Shown here in pieces: positions 59,733-64,000 of a DNA stretch of 64,000 nt; position 1 is the stretch's first letter, and every line of letters starts with the position of its first letter. Source of the stretch: an uncultured Candidatus Binatia bacterium (lineage in GTDB: Bacteria; Desulfobacterota; Binatia; UBA9968; JAJDTQ01); contig OZ244070.1 in the NCBI GenBank assembly GCA_965215605.1, forward strand, positions 3,776,001-3,840,000, written 5' to 3'. The position numbers and the translations under genes are program-made. The notes beneath the pieces are model-generated. The model had not been told where the DNA came from. It ran no database searches and saw only the letters and a program-made list of their open reading frames with translations.

Positions 59733-61109
59733 TCACGGCCTCCATAAGGGCAGCCACAGGGGTTCCGCCAGCACGAAGTCCTTTTGTGCGATCCGCTCCA
59801 GGGCCTGGCGCAACTGACCCACGCTGGTCTCTTCCAGGGTGATGACGAACGGGAGGATCTCGTCGGGCGCGGCTCCGCCCTTCCCCGCTCCCACCAGGGA
59901 TTCCAGCTCTTCCTCGCCGTGGTCGAGCTGCCAGATCTCCGAGACGTTGATCTGCTTGTCTCCGAAGATCTGGCAGATCTCGCCGACGATGCCGCTCTGG
60001 TCCCGCACCACGAAGCGCACGTAGAAGGAGGCTCGCAACTCGTCTTCCGGACGAACCGAGTCGACTCCCGGGACGATGCTCTCCACCGGCAGGAACGGCG
60101 TGTCGCCCGAGCGCGCCACCAACTCGTGGACGTCGCCCAGCACGGCCACGGCGGTGGCTCCGCCGCCGGCTCCTGGCCCCGCGAACACGTAGTCCCAGTC
60201 ACCCGCGTCCGCCGCTCCGCCCTCGCTCACCTCACCCTTGAAGAACACCGCGTTGGTGACGCCGTCGATGCAAGCGATGGGGTGCCCCTCGGGCACCACC
60301 ATGGGCGTCACCATGGCTTCCAAGGCGCCGCCGACGCTTCGTGCCAAGGCCACGGACTTGATGGTGCCGCGACCCTTCCGGGCGGCGTAGAGGAAGTCGA
60401 TGGCGTGGATGCGCTCGATGCCCTTGCGGTGGATGACGCCCGGCTCCAGGCGCGCGCCGAAGGTAATGGACGACAGCAGCAAGAGCTTGGCCTCGGCGTC
60501 CCGGCCGCTCACGTCGGCGTCCGGATCGGCTTCGGCGTAACCCAGCGCCTGGGCCGACGCCAGCGCGTCGCCGTAGGATCTCCCCTTCCGGGCCATCTCG
60601 GTCAGGATGTAGTTGCAGGTGCCGTTCACCAAGCCATAGACGGCCGCCGGCCGCTCGGCGCCGAGGCTCTGGGTCAGCGGTCCAATGATGGGGATGCCGC
60701 CGCCCACACAGGCCTCGAAGCGGACGGCCCGGCCGCACTCCCGGGCGGCGGACCAGATCTCCGGTCCGTGGGCCACCAGCAAGGCCTTGTTGGCCGTAAC
60801 CACGGACTTGCCGTGACGCAGCGCGTCCACGACCCATTCCTTCTGGGCGCGCAGGTCCTCGGGTCCGCCGGCGCCCAATACCTCCACGACGATATCGACG
60901 TCGGGATGGCCGGTGATCGCGGCCGGGTCGGTGGTGAACAGTTCCGGTGAAACCTGGCACCTCGACTTGCCTTCGGGCTTGCGCGTAAAGATCTTGACGA
61001 CGTCGGCGTCGACGCCGAAGCGCGCCAGATGGCCGTCGGCGATCAGGTCGTGGACCGCGCCGCCCACGGTGCCGGCGCCGAGGATGCCGATGTGGACCCG
61101 GGATGCCAT
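59733..61109 (-). CDS. hom: Homoserine dehydrogenase with C-terminal ACT domain
   Basis: GAGTVG, VVTANKA, FEACVGGGIPII, NGTCNYIL, GYAEADP..DV.G.D, and GPGAG. Confidence 0.95.
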   Translation of the reverse strand: MASRVHIGILGAGTVGGAVHDLIADGHLARFGVDADVVKIFTRKPEGKSRCQVSPELFTTDPAAITGHPDVDIVVEVLGAGGPEDLRAQKEWVVDALRHGKSVVTANKALLVAHGPEIWSAARECGRAVRFEACVGGGIPIIGPLTQSLGAERPAAVYGLVNGTCNYILTEMARKGRSYGDALASAQALGYAEADPDADVSGRDAEAKLLLLSSITFGARLEPGVIHRKGIERIHAIDFLYAARKGRGTIKSVALARSVGGALEAMVTPMVVPEGHPIACIDGVTNAVFFKGEVSEGGAADAGDWDYVFAGPGAGGGATAVAVLGDVHELVARSGDTPFLPVESIVPGVDSVRPEDELRASFYVRFVVRDQSGIVGEICQIFGDKQINVSEIWQLDHGEEELESLVGAGKGGAAPDEILPFVITLEETSVGQLRQALERIAQKDFVLAEPLWLPLWRP

Positions 61110-61118
61110 GGCGCCAGA

Positions 61119-62297
61119 CTATTCGGGCAGGACGCCCATGGCCTTGCGGATGGTCCGCACCGCCTGGCGGGTGCGATGCTCGTTCTCGATGAGCGCGAAG
61201 CGCACGTGCTGATCGCCGTACTGGCCGAAGCCGATGCCGGGAGACACCGCCACCTTGGCCTCGCTCAGCAGGAACTTGGAGAACTCCACCGAGCCCATGG
61301 AGCGGTAGGGAGCCGGGATCTCGGCCCACACGAACATGGTGGCCCTGGGCTTCCGGATCATCCAGTTGATCCGGGCCAAACCCTCCACCAGCACGTCCCG
61401 CCGGCTCCGGTAGGTCTCGGAGATCTCCCGGACGTCGTCGTCCTGGGCGTTGAGGGCGTGTATCGCCGCGATCTGAACCGGCTGGAAGATGCCGTAGTCC
61501 AGATAACTCTTGATGCGCGCCAGCGCGTGGATCATGGTGGCGTTGCCCACCGCGAAGCCCACCCGCCAACCCGGCATGTTGTAGCTCTTGGACATGGTGA
61601 AGAATTCCACGCCCACATCCTTGGCGCCCGGCGCCTGCAGGAAGCTCGGGGGATCGTAGCCGTCGAAGGTCAGGTCCGCGTAAGCCAGATCGTGGATCAC
61701 CAACATCTCATGGGCCTTGGCGAAGCTCACGATGCGCTCGAAGAACTCGAGGTCCACCACTTCGGTGGTGGGGTTGTGGGGGAAATTCAGGATCAGCAGC
61801 TTGGGACGCGGCCAGGTTTGCTTGATGGCCTCCTCGAGGTGTTCCATGAACCCCTCGCTGGAGACCAGCGGAATGCTCCGGAGGTCGCCGCCGGCGATGA
61901 CCACCGAGTACTGGTGGATGGGATAGGTGGGACTCGGACACAGCACCACGTCACCCGGATCGATCATGGCCAGCACCAGGTGCGCCAGCCCTTCCTTGGA
62001 GCCGATGGTTACAATGGCTTCGTCGTCCGCATCGATGGAGACGCCGTACCGCCGCCGATACCAGTCGGAGATGGCTACCCTGAGCTTGTAGATGCCCCGG
62101 GACACCGAGTAGCGGTGGTTCTGCGGCTTCATGACCGCCTCCACCAGCTTGTCGACGATGGGCGCCGGCGTGGCCATATCCGGATTGCCCATGCTGAAGT
62201 CGACGATGTCCTCCCCCCTCCTCCGAGCCTCCTGCTTGAGATCGTTGATGGTGTTGAAAACGTAGGGAGGCAGTCTCTTGATTCGGTTGAACTCCAC
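61119..62297 (-). CDS. alaC: Class I aminotransferase, AlaC/LL-DAP aminotransferase-like
   Basis: [41 protein letters not shown], and KSYLDYG. Confidence 0.8.
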   Translation of the reverse strand: MEFNRIKRLPPYVFNTINDLKQEARRRGEDIVDFSMGNPDMATPAPIVDKLVEAVMKPQNHRYSVSRGIYKLRVAISDWYRRRYGVSIDADDEAIVTIGSKEGLAHLVLAMIDPGDVVLCPSPTYPIHQYSVVIAGGDLRSIPLVSSEGFMEHLEEAIKQTWPRPKLLILNFPHNPTTEVVDLEFFERIVSFAKAHEMLVIHDLAYADLTFDGYDPPSFLQAPGAKDVGVEFFTMSKSYNMPGWRVGFAVGNATMIHALARIKSYLDYGIFQPVQIAAIHALNAQDDDVREISETYRSRRDVLVEGLARINWMIRKPRATMFVWAEIPAPYRSMGSVEFSKFLLSEAKVAVSPGIGFGQYGDQHVRFALIENEHRTRQAVRTIRKAMGVLPE

Positions 62298-62472
62298 CTT
62301 GCAGTTCCTCCCGTCCCCTTCCGGCCGGGTGTATTCGTGGCATCGCGGCCGCGGGAACCTCGACGACAGTCCCGCATGACCTTCAGCGACTGAAACAGGC
62401 AGGATGGATTTTGTTATAAGGCATTGAAACCACAGGCGCAAATTGCCGGCGGCACGACGGTCCGGAAAGTGC

Positions 62473-64000
62473 TTAATCGGCCCATGCCACCAACTGCATG
62501 CTGTCGCCCCATCGATGTTGCAGCACCTCCCTGATTCCCTGCGAGACCTGGCCGCCCAAGCCCGGGTCGTGTGCGAGCCAGTCACGCGCCTCTTGCCGCG
62601 CCGCCTGCAGCACCTCGTGATCCCGCACCAGATGGGCTACCCGGAATCCCTGGTAACCGGCCTGGCGCCTCCCGAGGATCTCCCCGGCGCCGCGGAACCG
62701 CAGGTCGGCCTCGGCCACCTCGAAGCCGTCGGCGGAGCGTTCCAGCACTTCCAGCCGCCGGCGGGAGTCGTCGTCCCTTGAGCCGTAGTGGATCAGGACG
62801 CAGTGGGATTCGTCCCGGCCCCGCCCCACCCTGCCCCGAAGCTGGTGTAGCTGCGCGAGCCCGAACCGCTCGGCGTGCTCCACCACCATGAGGGTGGCGC
62901 CGGGGACGTCGATGCCCACCTCGATGACGGTGGTGGCCACAAGGACCTGAATCTCCCCCTGCCGGAAACGCCGCATCACCTGGTCCCGGTCGGAGGCGGG
63001 CATCTGGCCGTGGACCAGCCCCAGACGAAGCCCTTTCATGACGGTCCGGGACAGTTCCCGGGCCATGGTCTCGGCGGCCGCCAGGGGCAACTTTTCCGAC
63101 TCCCCCACCAGCGGGTACACGAGGTAGGCTTGGCGCCCGTCCGTTACCGCGGCGCGGACGCGCTCGTAGACTCTCTTTCTCCGATCCTCCTGCACCACCA
63201 CCGTGCGCACGGGTGTCCTGCCCGGCGGCGCCTCGTCCAGCAACGACACTTCCAGGTCGCCGGACAGGACCATGGCGAGGCTGCGGGGAATGGGGGTGGC
63301 GCTCATCAGGAGCAGGTCCGGCTCGGGAGCGACGGCGCCGGCTGCCGCATCCCGCAAGGACAGCCGGGCGAAGGCTGTGCGCTGGCTCACTCCGAAGCGG
63401 TGCTGCTCGTCGACGATGCCGAGCCCCATGCGCGGCACGGACACGCCCTGCTGAATGAGCGCGTGCGTGCCCACCACGAAATCCACCTCGCCGTTGCCGA
63501 TGCGCCGGGTGATATCTTTCCGGGCGGCGGCTGGAAGTGAGCCGGAAAGCAGCGCCGCGCGAAGGTTCAACCGCTCGGCGTAGGGTTGGAGCCTTTCGTA
63601 GTGCTGCTCGGCCAGCAATTCGGTGGGAGCCAGCAGCAGCGCCTGACGCCCGTTCTCCATGGCCCGCAGGGCGGCGAGCCAGGCGATGACGGTCTTGCCC
63701 GAGCCCACGTCGCCTTGCAGCAGGCGGCGCATGGGGCTCGGCGACTCCATGTCCGAGTAGATCTCCCGCAGCACCCGTTCCTGGCCGCCGGTGAGGCGGT
63801 ATGGGAGCAGCTCCCGCATCCGGAGGGTGAGCGGTCCCGCCCGTGCCGGCGAGGGGAAGCCGGGACGGTCCAGGCGCTGTCGTTGGCGCAGGGCCAGGGC
63901 CAGTTGGAAGTAGAAGAACTCGTCGAACGCCAGGGAGCGGCGGGCCGCGGCCCTGGCCTCGTCGGCGGCGCCAGGCTCCGGCGCGCGGTCGGAAATGCCT
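62473..64000 (-). CDS. recG: ATP-dependent DNA helicase RecG (5' part outside window)
   Basis: [47 protein letters not shown], and DLRFRGAGE. Confidence 0.95.
   Translation of the reverse strand, partial: GISDRAPEPGAADEARAAARRSLAFDEFFYFQLALALRQRQRLDRPGFPSPARAGPLTLRMRELLPYRLTGGQERVLREIYSDMESPSPMRRLLQGDVGSGKTVIAWLAALRAMENGRQALLLAPTELLAEQHYERLQPYAERLNLRAALLSGSLPAAARKDITRRIGNGEVDFVVGTHALIQQGVSVPRMGLGIVDEQHRFGVSQRTAFARLSLRDAAAGAVAPEPDLLLMSATPIPRSLAMVLSGDLEVSLLDEAPPGRTPVRTVVVQEDRRKRVYERVRAAVTDGRQAYLVYPLVGESEKLPLAAAETMARELSRTVMKGLRLGLVHGQMPASDRDQVMRRFRQGEIQVLVATTVIEVGIDVPGATLMVVEHAERFGLAQLHQLRGRVGRGRDESHCVLIHYGSRDDDSRRRLEVLERSADGFEVAEADLRFRGAGEILGRRQAGYQGFRVAHLVRDHEVLQAARQEARDWLAHDPGLGGQVSQGIREVLQHRWGDSMQLVAWAD

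Overview
High-GC bacterial chromosomal window, probably from an uncultured Deltaproteobacteria/Binatota-like organism (inferred from gene content only). Most of it is catabolic and transport genes: TctB/TctC, CoxMSL-like Mo-hydroxylases, two UbiD decarboxylases, cyclases, a split fumarate/tartrate hydratase, a Co-type nitrile/thiocyanate hydratase-like pair, and NitT/TauT and Dpp ABC systems. It also holds a tRNA-Arg(CCT) and, at the right end, housekeeping genes (miaB, hom, alaC, recG). Three things stand out. (1) A ~14 kb co-oriented operon (13.5-27.8 kb) combines a MotA/TolQ/ExbB channel, two TM-Asp/coiled-coil/vWA proteins, FHA proteins, a PP2C phosphatase, a Ser/Thr kinase fused to an FGE-sulfatase domain, a lipoprotein and a secreted tandem-repeat protein. 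This looks like a phosphorylation-controlled, ion-driven envelope machine. (2) A sulfide:quinone oxidoreductase-like gene has its apparent TGA stop at the second catalytic Cys position, followed by a SECIS-like hairpin and an in-frame conserved C-terminus, making it a candidate selenoprotein next to a persulfide dioxygenase-rhodanese fusion. (3) A dif-like XerCD site lies inside a 27-bp perfect inverted repeat at the point where gene orientation converges, probably the replication terminus. All calls come from motif recognition by eye; no database searches were run.
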